64,000 nt of DNA from an uncultured Acidobacteriota bacterium (GCA_963792575.1 CAWBWZ010000023.1:1295487-1359486), one strand, 5' to 3'; counted from the first letter of the stretch, positions 21,046 to 31,114 are shown. Notes: generated from the letters alone by a model not told the origin. Numbers and translations are program-made.

Positions 21046-22554
21046 TCACCCGCGCAGCCGCGGAATCTCTCTCCGGATCTCCTCCCGGGTGAGCCCCAGC
21101 AACCCGGCATTCTCCGCCAGAGGCTCCATGTCCACCGGATAGAGCCGGTTCCGCGCCGGATCGGCCAGCCCCGCCAGGTTGCGCGGCGCGATGGCGTTCC
21201 GGATCTCCTCCTCGAAGTCCGGTCCGTGGAGTGCGGCGAGGACACGGTCGAGCATCTCCCTCGTCACCGGATCGGTGCTCCCCAGGAACCCGTTCCAGGC
21301 CCAGCCGTCCGCAGGACCGGGGAGGAGGCGCTGGCTGGCCTCGGCGAAGCTGGCGGCGGCGAAGTAGAGGAGGGAGCCGGCGGCGAAGCGGTCGAAGTCC
21401 CGCATCGTTCCGTAGGCTCCGGCGACGAGCTTCTGGACGTGGTCCGCTTCTGTTTCCAAGAGATCGCCGTAGCGTTGGAGCCCCTCAGGGCCTTTTTCCA
21501 GCAGCAGGGCCAGGCGCTCGACCGCCAGCAGGCTCCAGGCGATCCCCGTCGAGAAGAGCGGCGAGAGGAAGCAGAAGGCGTGCGGGAGGAGGGCCCAGCC
21601 GTTCCCGGACGCCCGCGCGAGGCGGTTCTGGAGGCGGGGGATCTTGCCGATCGGCCGCGTTGGACGGGCTGGAGCGAACTGCTCCCGCAGCGTGGGATAG
21701 CGGGCCAGGAGGCGCTCCCAGGCACGGTCCGGCGCGCAGGAAGACAGCTCTTCGCGGGCGCGCTCCCCGGCGATCACGAAGCCGGCGCTCGCCGTTCCAT
21801 GGTCGAAGGGGAGGACGTACATCCACCCTTCCTCCAGGATGTGGTGGACGGCCGCCTGCTCGTCCGGATAAGGACCGGCAGGGAGTGCCGCGTTTCCCGC
21901 GACCTCGGAGAAGCCGGCCATCCCCTCGAAGTGCCCGAAGACCAGGGAGGTATGTAGCCCGGTCTCGACCCTGGGGATCGGGAGGTGCCGCGCCAGAAAG
22001 CCGCCCGGTCCGGAGGCGTCGATCAGGAGATCGGCCTCGAAGTGGACGGACCGCCCCTGGTGCGTTCCCGAGAGACGCCAGCCGCCGGGCAGCTTCTCCA
22101 GACCGGTCAGATCGACCTCTTCCAGCACCTCGACTCCCGCCGCTCCGGCTTCCTGGGCGAGGTGGTGATCCACATCCTCCCGCAGCCAGTGGGTGTCGGC
22201 GATGCGGTCCGTGGGGCTGGCGGCTACCAGCAGCCGGCGCTCGTTGGCGGGGCCGTTCTTGAACCGTCGTCCCGGCTCGTGGCCGTAGAAGGTGAACCCC
22301 CGCTTGAGCCCCCGGCGCAGATGGGGGAGCCGCTCCATCCAGCGACCCCAGGCGGCGAGGGCGTGGAGGTCTTCGAGACCGTAGCGCGCGGCGAGGCGTT
22401 CCAGGCAGATCGCGGCGAGCGGAGTGGAGGACTCGCCGAGGGCGAAGCGGGGGTGCTTCTGCCGGTCGAGGAGGAGCACCCGGTGCCCCTGAATCTGGAG
22501 GATGCGGGCGAGGATCGAGCCTGCGAAACCAGAGCCGACGATGGCGATCCTCAA
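21046..22554 (-). CDS. FAD-dependent oxidoreductase, flavin-halogenase / geranylgeranyl-reductase-like
   Basis: Intact 502-aa ORF with N-terminal IAIVGSGFAGS (GxGxxG), ALGESSTP and GWMYVLPF. Confidence 0.65.
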   Translation of the reverse strand: MRIAIVGSGFAGSILARILQIQGHRVLLLDRQKHPRFALGESSTPLAAICLERLAARYGLEDLHALAAWGRWMERLPHLRRGLKRGFTFYGHEPGRRFKNGPANERRLLVAASPTDRIADTHWLREDVDHHLAQEAGAAGVEVLEEVDLTGLEKLPGGWRLSGTHQGRSVHFEADLLIDASGPGGFLARHLPIPRVETGLHTSLVFGHFEGMAGFSEVAGNAALPAGPYPDEQAAVHHILEEGWMYVLPFDHGTASAGFVIAGERAREELSSCAPDRAWERLLARYPTLREQFAPARPTRPIGKIPRLQNRLARASGNGWALLPHAFCFLSPLFSTGIAWSLLAVERLALLLEKGPEGLQRYGDLLETEADHVQKLVAGAYGTMRDFDRFAAGSLLYFAAASFAEASQRLLPGPADGWAWNGFLGSTDPVTREMLDRVLAALHGPDFEEEIRNAIAPRNLAGLADPARNRLYPVDMEPLAENAGLLGLTREEIRREIPRLRG

Positions 22555-22590
22555 GATCCTCCTCCACAGACGACACAGCCAACCCGCGGC

Positions 22591-23511
22591 TCAGACACAG
22601 CCTGAGCGGTTCATGCGATCGAGCCGGGCGAGGCGCGCATCCGCGCAGTGCGGGCAACTCGCGAAGCGGCGGACATCCCAGAGATCGGCGGTCACGATTC
22701 CGAGATCCAGAGAGCGTTCCAGGGCCTCTTCAAGCTGATCGAGCCGGGGCGGGATGAAGTCCCCGGCTTCCCGGAGGGCCTCCATGGCGCCGTTGCCGCC
22801 GCGGACGGGGATCAGCGAGACGCGCTCCGCCCCCTGCTCGAAGGCGTGAATAGCGGAGCGGACCGCCCACTCGGCCGCCTCCTCCGGCGGCACGAAGGGG
22901 GCGCCCACCAGCACGAAGGCCCGCATGCCGATCCCCGCGTGTCGCAAGGTCCCGGCGGCGCGGTCGAAGTCGTCGAGGGTCAGCCCCTTGTTCAGGCGGG
23001 GCAGGGCCTCGGGATGGACCGTCTCCAGTCCCATCGCCACCTCCAGCCGGCCGGCGAGCCGTTCGGCGAAGCGCAGGCAGCGGTCGCCGATGAGGCGGGG
23101 GTGGCATTCCACGGTGACGCGGGCGAAGGGGGCGGCGAGAGCGAGGATCTCGTCCTCGTCCTCGACCGGCACCGCCCGTGGCTCGAAGAAGTTGCTGGCG
23201 TTGTAGAGCTTCACCGCCGCCGGGCTCGGGAGGGGACCCGCCGCGGCGAGGGCCTTGCGGAACTGGGCGGGCAGCGCGCCCGGGGGCGTCGGGCCGTCGA
23301 GGGTCTCGCGCCAGAGGTCGCAGAAGACGCAGGTGAAGGGGCACTCGGCGCCGGCGAGGAAGATGGTGAAGGCGGGGAGGACCCCGCCGTCCGGCGTGCG
23401 CTCCTCCTCCCAGAGGTGCCCGATGGGCTCTTGGGGATCGATCAGCCGTCGGGGGGCCCGCAGCGAGCGGACCCAGCGCGAGGACGCTTCCTTCACCCGC
23501 TTAGCTCCCAC
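22591..23511 (-). CDS. radical SAM protein, unassigned subfamily
   Basis: Intact 306-aa ORF with Cx3Cx2C in AGAECPFTCVFCDLW (23320-23343) and a C-terminal CPHC. Confidence 0.7.
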   Translation of the reverse strand: MGAKRVKEASSRWVRSLRAPRRLIDPQEPIGHLWEEERTPDGGVLPAFTIFLAGAECPFTCVFCDLWRETLDGPTPPGALPAQFRKALAAAGPLPSPAAVKLYNASNFFEPRAVPVEDEDEILALAAPFARVTVECHPRLIGDRCLRFAERLAGRLEVAMGLETVHPEALPRLNKGLTLDDFDRAAGTLRHAGIGMRAFVLVGAPFVPPEEAAEWAVRSAIHAFEQGAERVSLIPVRGGNGAMEALREAGDFIPPRLDQLEEALERSLDLGIVTADLWDVRRFASCPHCADARLARLDRMNRSGCV

Positions 23512-23534
23512 GCTGTTCGTTGAAGGCGCTCTGA

Positions 23535-23780
23535 ACGTAGGGGAGGGGCTTGTCCCCTCCCTCGCCCCGAAGGGGCGGAATTTATCCAGCCTGGGGTGTC
23601 AACCCCAGGTAGGAAGGCACCCCGGAATCCAAACCCTGTAAGGGTGGCCGATTCCAGCCCGATCGGCCACCCCTTCGGGGTTTGGGTGGGTTGGGCCACC
23701 CAACCTGGGGTTGACACCCCAGGCTGGATAAATTCGCCCCCTTTGGGGGCGAGGGAGGGGACAAGCCCCTCCCCTACGTA
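23535..23780. repeat. nested-palindrome REP/MITE-like element, family 1, copy A2
   Basis: Inverted arms of about 70 nt, ACGTAGGGGAGGGGCTTGTCCCC...GCCCCGAAGGGGCGGAATTTATCCAGCCTGGGGTGTCAACCCCAGGT. The core is near-identical to A1. Confidence 0.85.
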
Positions 23781-23810
23781 TAAAAACGTCTTGGGCAAGC
23801 TGTATTGCAC

Positions 23811-25140
23811 TTAGCTCTGGTAGAGGCTCAGCAGGTGGCTCCGGTACTTCACGGGGCGGAGATCGAACCGGCCGCGGAAGGTCTCCTCCGATACCGCGCC
23901 GTGCTGGAACCGCCGCTTGGGGAAGACGGGAAGATCGAGCCCGGTCACCTTTTGGATGCCTCGCCGCAAGACTTCCCCCTTCAGGCTGTAGAGCGCCTCG
24001 TGGGAGCCGCGGGTCAGCTCGGCGAAGGGGATGGCCTCGGCCACCGCGATCACCTGCGGGCGGCTGTAGGGGCTGAAGGGGAGGAAGCCGTGGCGCCGGG
24101 CGGGGGCGTAACCCCGGACGCAGCCGCGGCTCAGGCCCCCGCTGTAGGTGAGCGAGTGCTTGATCGCCTCCACCCCCCAACCCTCCTGGTAGAGCATGCG
24201 GTTGTTGACCACGCTGCGGATGGTCAGCTCGGGGTTCTCCTCGATCGGATAGTCCTTGAGGTTCTCGTCGCCGCCGTCGCCGTCGGCGAGGTGGCGCCAG
24301 TCGGGGTAGCGCTCGCGGATGCCCTGGCAGCAGGGCGAGGTTCATCGCCGCGCACTCGACGTCGAGCGGCTTGTAGTCCTCGATCGCCGCGACGGCCGCG
24401 AAGGGGTCGATATCGGCGCTCCTGGCCTCGATCACCTCGCCGAAGAGCTGGAGATCGGTACGGCGGAGGAACTCCCGGGCCTGCTCGAGATCGGCGCCGC
24501 CGCCGTCGACGGCGAGGGTGAACGCCTTGAGCCGGGCCGGACTCTGTCCGGCGGCGAGCAGCTCGTGGTAGAGGGCGAGCAGCAGCGCGCCGCTGTCGAT
24601 GCCGCCGGAGAAGAGGACGCCCAGGGGCTCGGCCGCGGGCAGGGCGGCCAGCCAGAGGCGGATCTCCTCGCAGAGGGCGCGGACGTAGGCCTCGCCGATG
24701 ACGTCGAGGTCCGGCGGCAGCACCTCGCGCGGCGGATCGAAGAAGCGCCGGTAGACCGGGTTGGGATCGGGGCAGCCGACGAGCTGGATCTCGGTGACGT
24801 GGTGGGCCGGGATCATCCGCGTGTAGGAGGGATGGAACTGGTCGCCGTGCCCCTCGCGCTCCAGCGCGTCGCGGATCTGGTCGATGCGGTCGGCGACCAC
24901 CAGCATCGGGCCGTCCTTCTCCTTGGCCAGGAAGTAGCGCAGCGGGCGGTCGAGGCTGCGCGCCAGGCGCACCCGCTGGCCGTCGCGGGCGAGGAGGGCG
25001 AAGGAGCCCTCGATCCGCAGGACGTCGGCGGGGTCCTCCGAGAGCAGGAGGGCGCGGGCGTCGTCCACGGAAAGATTGAGGATCTGCTGGTCGTCGTCGG
25101 CGACGAGGTTGAGGATGCGGGCGATGGTCTGGTGTCGCAA
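23811..25140 (-). pseudogene. asparagine-synthase-like PP-loop enzyme lacking the N-terminal Cys nucleophile (one frameshift near 24325)
   Basis: TTG start at 25140, about 10 nt after GAGGAG. LFSGGIDSG at 24565-24582. The C-terminal part is in ORF 23811..24212. Confidence 0.75.
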
Positions 25141-25172
25141 GGTGGTGCGTCTCCTCTTCGTTGGAGGGGATT

Positions 25173-26177
25173 CTAGCCTGGACGCCGGATCGCCACGATC
25201 GTCTCGTCCTCGGTGTAATACCCGGCGTCCGACCAGGCGTCCAGCCCCCCTTCGAGGGGGCGGACCCGGGTGAAGCCTTTGTCCATCAGAGCGCGAGCCA
25301 CACGGGCCGCGGAGGCTTCGCTCGGTCAGGCACAGTAGAGGACGATCTCGCGCTCCCGCGGCAACTCGCCGAGCCGGACGTCGATCTCGTCGATCGTCAT
25401 CCGCAACGCTCCGGGGAGGCGCCGCGGGTCGTGGAGATGGGAGGAACGGTTGCGGACGTCGACGATGGTCGGCGCGTTGCCGCTGTCCATCAGGCTCTTC
25501 AGCTCGGCGACCGAGATGCGGGCGAGCCGCAGGATCTTCCGGATCCGCCGCCGCTGCCACCATTTCACCAGGATGACCAGCGCCAGCACCACGCCCACGA
25601 CCACGCCGGCCCAGAAGCCGAGATCCTCCAGATGGCGGAGAACCTCGTTCACGGCATGATGGAAGACGTAGCCGAGCAGCAGGCCGGAGCTCAGCCAGAG
25701 GAGGCTGCCGAGGCCGTCCCAGAAGAGGAAGGAGGGGATGGTCTTGTTCATCGCTCCGGCGAGCGGCGGCGCGATGGTGTTGTAGCCGGGGAGGAACTTG
25801 GCGTAGAGCAGGGACGGCATGCCGGCCCGCTCGAAGAGATCCTCGGTGCCGCGGACGCAGGAGTCGGGGGAGAGCGAGAGGCGGCAGACCGTGCGGAGCA
25901 CGCGGTGCCCCTGCCAGCGGCCGATCAGGAACCAGATGGTGTCGGCGAGCAGCGACGCCGCGAGGGCCACGGCGAGCACCGGGACGACGGCCATTTTCCC
26001 CCCCTGCGCCAGCGCCCCGGCGACGATCAGCGTCGGCAGCGCGGGGATCGGCGCGCCGATCTGCTCCAGGAAGACGTTGCCGAAGACGACCGCGAGGCCA
26101 TAGCGGAGGAGGTAGGTGACGAGCTTGTGCATGGCGGGGGGTATTGTCGCATGGGGCGGAGGGAGGTGAGCCTGCAT
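25173..26177 (-). CDS. DedA-family membrane protein fused to a rhodanese domain; in-frame TGA at 25326-25328
   Basis: ORF 25326..26177 has the DedA core (VFLEQIGAPIP...LYAKFLPG) and a rhodanese start (TIVDVR...IVLYCA). After the TGA the same frame continues PSEASAARVARALMDKGFTRVRPLEGGLDAW to a TAG at 25173. The true start may be ATG 26132. Confidence 0.65.
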
Positions 26178-26318
26178 CCCGCCCGGGGATCAATCCCCGG
26201 GCTACGCTGGAAACGAAAAGCCGGCTGAAGCCGGCTCCCAGGTTAGCAGCTGTCTCCTTGAGCCGGCTTCAGCCGGCTTTTTGGTTGGGACGTAGCCCGG
26301 GCATTGATGCCCGGGCGG
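26178..26318. repeat. palindromic element D carrying two terminator-like hairpins
   Basis: The outer arms CCCGCCCGGGGATCAATCCCCGGGCTACG / CGTAGCCCGGGCATTGATGCCCGGGCGG enclose AAAAGCCGGCTGAAGCCGGCT and AGCCGGCTTCAGCCGGCTTTTT. Confidence 0.8.
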
Positions 26319-26324
26319 CCCCGC

Positions 26325-26355
26325 TTGACATCCCCGCCGTCTCGTGGGATATCCT
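26325..26355 (+). promoter_or_regulatory. candidate sigma70-type promoter of the aro-his-trp leader
   Basis: Perfect TTGACA at 26325-30. GATATC or TATCCT follows after a 17 or 19 nt spacer, about 20 nt upstream of the leader ATG. Confidence 0.45.
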
Positions 26356-26376
26356 TGAATCTCAACGGGATTTTAG

Positions 26377-26463
26377 ATGATGCGCCAAAACACCACCCGC
26401 CGCCCCGAGATCGCCACCGCCTGGGGCTGGCGTGCGCAGAGCCATCATCACTCCGTGAACTGA
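26377..26463 (+). CDS. 28-codon leader peptide MMRQNTTRRPEIATAWGWRAQSHHHSVN
   Basis: Translated by hand because it is below the ORF-track cutoff. TGG codons are at 26422 and 26428, and CAT CAT CAC is at 26443-51. Attenuator hairpins follow directly. Confidence 0.7.
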   Translation: MMRQNTTRRPEIATAWGWRAQSHHHSVN

Positions 26464-26534
26464 GCCGGGCACGTCCCGGCGTCACGGACCCGGGACGAGA
26501 GACCGCCTGCCGCCACACGTCGCCTCCTTCCGGG
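26464..26534 (+). promoter_or_regulatory. alternative antiterminator / anti-antiterminator hairpins
   Basis: The pairs 26464-69:26475-80, 26473-79:26490-96 and 26489-99:26524-34 overlap one another and are mutually exclusive. Confidence 0.6.
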
Positions 26535-26556
26535 TCTGGAAGGAGGTTTTCGTTTT
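26523..26556 (+). terminator. intrinsic terminator of the leader; its 3' arm is the aroD/E Shine-Dalgarno
   Basis: 9-bp stem CCTCCTTCC / GGAAGGAGG, loop GGGTCT, then TTTTCGTTTT. Confidence 0.75.
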
Positions 26557-28045
26557 GGAGACATCGCCCGCGCGGGCACGCGCCACACTGGTCGCGACCG
26601 TCACGACCCTCCCCGCGGGGAGCGCCGTGCCCATGGTCTCCGACCTGGAGGGGGTCGACTGGCTGGAGATCCGCGCCGATCTCGTCGGCGACCTCGACGC
26701 CGCGCGTCTGGCCCGCGTCTTCCCCGGCAAGCTGCTCTACACGCTGCGCAGCCGGGCCGAGGGGGGCGGGTCCGAGGGGACGCCCGAGCGCCGCCGACAG
26801 CGGCTTGATCGAGGCCGCCAGCCGCTACGACTATGTGGACCTCGAGGCGGCGCGCGATCTCACTCCCGATATCCTCAAGGGCGTGCCGGCCGAGAAGCGG
26901 GTGATCTCCTGGCATGGGCCGGCCCCGGGGCTCGACGGCCTCACCGCCACCTTCGAGCGGATGGCCGCCGTCCCCGCCGCGCTCTACAAGCTGGTGCCCA
27001 CCGCCGCCCAGGCGGGGGAGGAGGTGCAGGCGCTGCTGCTGCTCGCCTCGCTCGGCCGCCGCGACGTCGCCGCCTTCGCCGCCGGCGCCATCGGCGCCTG
27101 GACGCGGCTGGTGGCCCCCCGCCTGGGCGCCCCGGTGGTCTACGGCGCGCTCGGTGAGGTGCCGGGGGCGCCAGGGCAGATCTCGATCGAGCGCCTGCGG
27201 CGCGACTACGGCCTGCCGGAGTTGCCGCCCATCGAAGCGCTGTTCGGCCTGGTCGGCAACCCCGTCACCCACTCGCTCTCCCCCCGCATCCACAACACCG
27301 CCTACCGCGCGCTGGGCATCCCGGCGGTCTATCTGCCGTTCCACGCCGACTCCTTCGGCGACTTCTGGCTGGAGGTGATGGAGAACGCGGGGCTGGAGGC
27401 GATCGGGCTCTCCATCCGCGGGCTCTCGGTGACCGCGCCGTTCAAGGAGTCGACGCTGGCGGTCTGCGGCGCGGAGAGCCCGCTGGTCAGCCTGATCGGC
27501 GCCGCCAATACGCTGGTCTGCAACCAGGGGGTGTGGGAGGCGGAGGCCACCGATCCGGACGGCGTCGTGCTGCCCCTGCGCGATCGCGGCCTCGCGATCG
27601 AGGGGATGGAGGTGGCGGTGGTCGGCGCCGGCGGTGCCGGGCGATCGGCGGCGGCGGGGCTCGACCGCGCCGGCGCGCGGGTGACGATGTTCAACCGCGA
27701 TCCGCAACGCGGCAAGAGCTCCGCGCGATCATCTGCATGTCACCTTCCGGCCGCTCGCGGATCTCGACCCCTCCCGGTTCGACCTGCTGGTCAACGCCAC
27801 CTCGCTCGGCCGCGGCGCGGACGATCCGCTGCCGTTCGACGTCTCGCGGCTCCGCGAGGGCGCGGTGGTGATCGACCTCGTCTACTTCCCGGACCGGCCG
27901 ACCCGCCTGCTGACGGCGGCGGCGGCGCGGGGCGCGGTGGCGATCGACGGCCGCGAGGTGCTGGTGGATCAGGCCCGCGGGCAGTTCCGGCTGATGACCG
28001 GGCGCGACCTGCCGCTCGAGCTGGCCCGCCGGGCCGCCGGATTGA
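26555..28045 (+). pseudogene. aroD/aroE: fused 3-dehydroquinate dehydratase (type I) / shikimate dehydrogenase (frame disrupted; 3' end uncertain)
   Basis: TTG start. VDWLEIRADLVGDL (DHQase I). LVGNPVTHSLSPRIHN, SVTAPFK and VVGAGGAGRSAA (AroE). Frame switches near 26800 and 27715. Confidence 0.8.
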
Positions 28046-28056
28046 GAGGACGCCCC

Positions 28057-29016
28057 GTGAGAGTCTCCGCTGCCCTTCCCACCGGCGTCGCCGCCCTGCT
28101 CTTCGAGAGCGCCCGGCGGCGGCGCGATGCCGAGGAGCGGCTGGTGGCGCGGCTGATCGAGGCCGGCTACTCCGAGGTGATCCTGCCGATCCTCGACTAC
28201 CTGGAGCCCTACGAATCGCTGCTGACCCTGGCGACGCGCGGCGAGCTCTACCGCTTCGTCGACCGCGACGGCGAGCTGCTCGCCCTGCGCGCCGACTTCA
28301 CGCCGATGCTGGCGCGGCTGCTGGCGCCCCGGCTGGAGTCGCTGGAGCTGCCGCTGCGCCTCTACTACCGGGGGGACGTCATTCGCTATCAGGAGGAACG
28401 GGCGGGTCGGGCGCGGGAGTTCTACCAGATCGGCGCCGAGCTGCTCGGCCTCGCCGGCGAGCGGGCCGAGCGAGAGGTACTGCGGCTTTTCCTGGAGCTG
28501 GCCACGGCCGGCGGCGGCAACGGGCTGCAGGTGGTGCTGGGCTTCGCCGGGGCGCTCGACGAACTGCTGCTCGCGGCGGGCGCGGAGGATCCCACCCGCC
28601 TCGCGGCGGCTGTGGCGCGGCGCGAGCGCGGGGAGGTGCGGCGGGCGGGCTCGACCCTCCTCCAGGTGGTGGAGAACGGCGTTCCGGACCGGCCGGAGGA
28701 GCTGGGAGGAGAAGCGGCGGACCGGCTGCGCGGCCTTTATGCCCTGCGCGATGAGCTCGCCGCTGACTTCCCCGGCGTGCTGCTGACGATCGATCTCGCC
28801 GAGTTCGCGTGCAGCAACCTCGACCCGCTCCTGGCGGGAGGCGAGGGGGACCGCCCCTACTACGACGGCCTCGTCTTTCATGCCTACGCCGGTCCCGCCG
28901 CGCTGCCGGTGGGCGGCGGCGGGCGCTACGACCGCCTGTTCCGCGCCCTCGGCGCCGAGGTGCCCGCGGCGGGCTTCTCGCTCAGCCTGGAGCGATTGCT
29001 GGAGGCGTCGGCGTGA
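28057..29016 (+). CDS. hisZ: ATP phosphoribosyltransferase regulatory subunit
   Basis: GTG start after GAGAGGA. LIEAGYSEVILPILDY, LRADFTPMLAR, EFYQIGAELLG, GGGGRYD. The frame is uninterrupted inside ORF 27865..29016. Confidence 0.8.
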   Translation: MRVSAALPTGVAALLFESARRRRDAEERLVARLIEAGYSEVILPILDYLEPYESLLTLATRGELYRFVDRDGELLALRADFTPMLARLLAPRLESLELPLRLYYRGDVIRYQEERAGRAREFYQIGAELLGLAGERAEREVLRLFLELATAGGGNGLQVVLGFAGALDELLLAAGAEDPTRLAAAVARRERGEVRRAGSTLLQVVENGVPDRPEELGGEAADRLRGLYALRDELAADFPGVLLTIDLAEFACSNLDPLLAGGEGDRPYYDGLVFHAYAGPAALPVGGGGRYDRLFRALGAEVPAAGFSLSLERLLEASA

Positions 29017-29638
29017 TCCGCCTCGCTCTCCCCAAGGGGCGAAATCTCGACGCCGCGCTGGCCGCTTTCCGGGCGGCGGGGATCGGCCTCGACGGCCTCG
29101 ACGGCTCCGGCCGGAGCCTGCGCACGCGCCTTCCCGACGAGGGGATCGAGGTGCTCTCCCTGAAGGATTGGGACCTGCCGCTCTACGTCACGCACGGGAT
29201 CGCCGATTGCGGCATCGTCGGCAGCGACGTGCTGGAGGAGGTGGACGGCGACCTGCTGGTGCCGGTGCGCCTGCTCCAGGGGCGGTCGCGGCTCTCGCTT
29301 CATCGGCCGCGAAGACGCGCCTCCCGGCGGCGGGGACCCAGGTGCGCCTGGCGACCAAGTATCCGAACACGGCGCGGCGGATGGTGGCCGAGCGCGCCTG
29401 GGGGGCGGAGATCGTCAAGCTCTCGGGCTCGATCGAGCTCGCGCCGATCCTGCGCCTGGCCGAGCTGGCGCTCGACATCGTCCAGACCGGGCGCACGCTC
29501 GCCGAGAACCACCTGGTGGAGATCGAGACCGTCGCCGAGGTCGCCGCCTGCCTGGTGGTCAACCGCGCGTCCTACCAGCGCCACCGGGCGTCTCCTCAAC
29601 GACTGGATCGGCCGCCTTGAAGCGGCGGGGGTGGTCTC

Positions 29639-29642
<4 letters not shown>
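29013..29642 (+). pseudogene. hisG: ATP phosphoribosyltransferase, short form (2 frame switches)
   Basis: IRLALPKGRNLD, GIADCGIVGSDVL, RLATKYPN and DIVQTGRTLAENHL. GTGA overlap with hisZ. Confidence 0.9.
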
Positions 29643-30942
<1,300 letters not shown>

Positions 30943-30953
30943 ATCCGTTGTTT

Positions 30954-31114
30954 CCAGCCCCGAAGGGGCGGCATTTGAATAGCCTGGGGCGTAAGCCCCA
31001 GGTAGGAGTGTCCCCAATACCCCCGAGCCCCGAAGGGGCGACACACAATGTGCCGGCGGGGTTTACCTGGGGCTCACGCCCCAGGCTATTCAAATGCCGC
31101 CCCTTCGGGGCTGG
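30954..31114. repeat. nested-palindrome element, family 1, copy B (hisD|hisC gap)
   Basis: CCAGCCCCGAAGGGGCGGCATTTGAATAGCCTGGGGCGTAAGCCCCAGGTA and its inverted copy, 30954-31004 / 31064-31114. Confidence 0.85.

Noticed and set aside
20889-21245. The 42-bp repeats as a coding 14-residue protein repeat (ORF 20889..21245 minus, periodic THGS).
   Set aside because: That ORF overlaps the 3' end of the FAD gene out of frame, has no start context, and its repeats degrade at the nucleotide rather than the codon level.
15495-26177. An ergothioneine cluster formed by the EgtD-like methyltransferase and the rhodanese-domain protein (an EanA/EanB-like pair).
   Set aside because: The two genes are 9 kb apart on opposite strands. 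The rhodanese is a single domain fused to DedA rather than an EanB-type protein, and no EgtB, EgtC or EgtE is present.
27865-29016. An apparent aroE-hisZ fusion (same frame, no stop).
   Set aside because: GAGAGGA plus GTG at 28057 looks like an independent hisZ start, and a TGA at 28043 is available in a neighbouring frame. With this indel density a lost stop is more likely than a true fusion.
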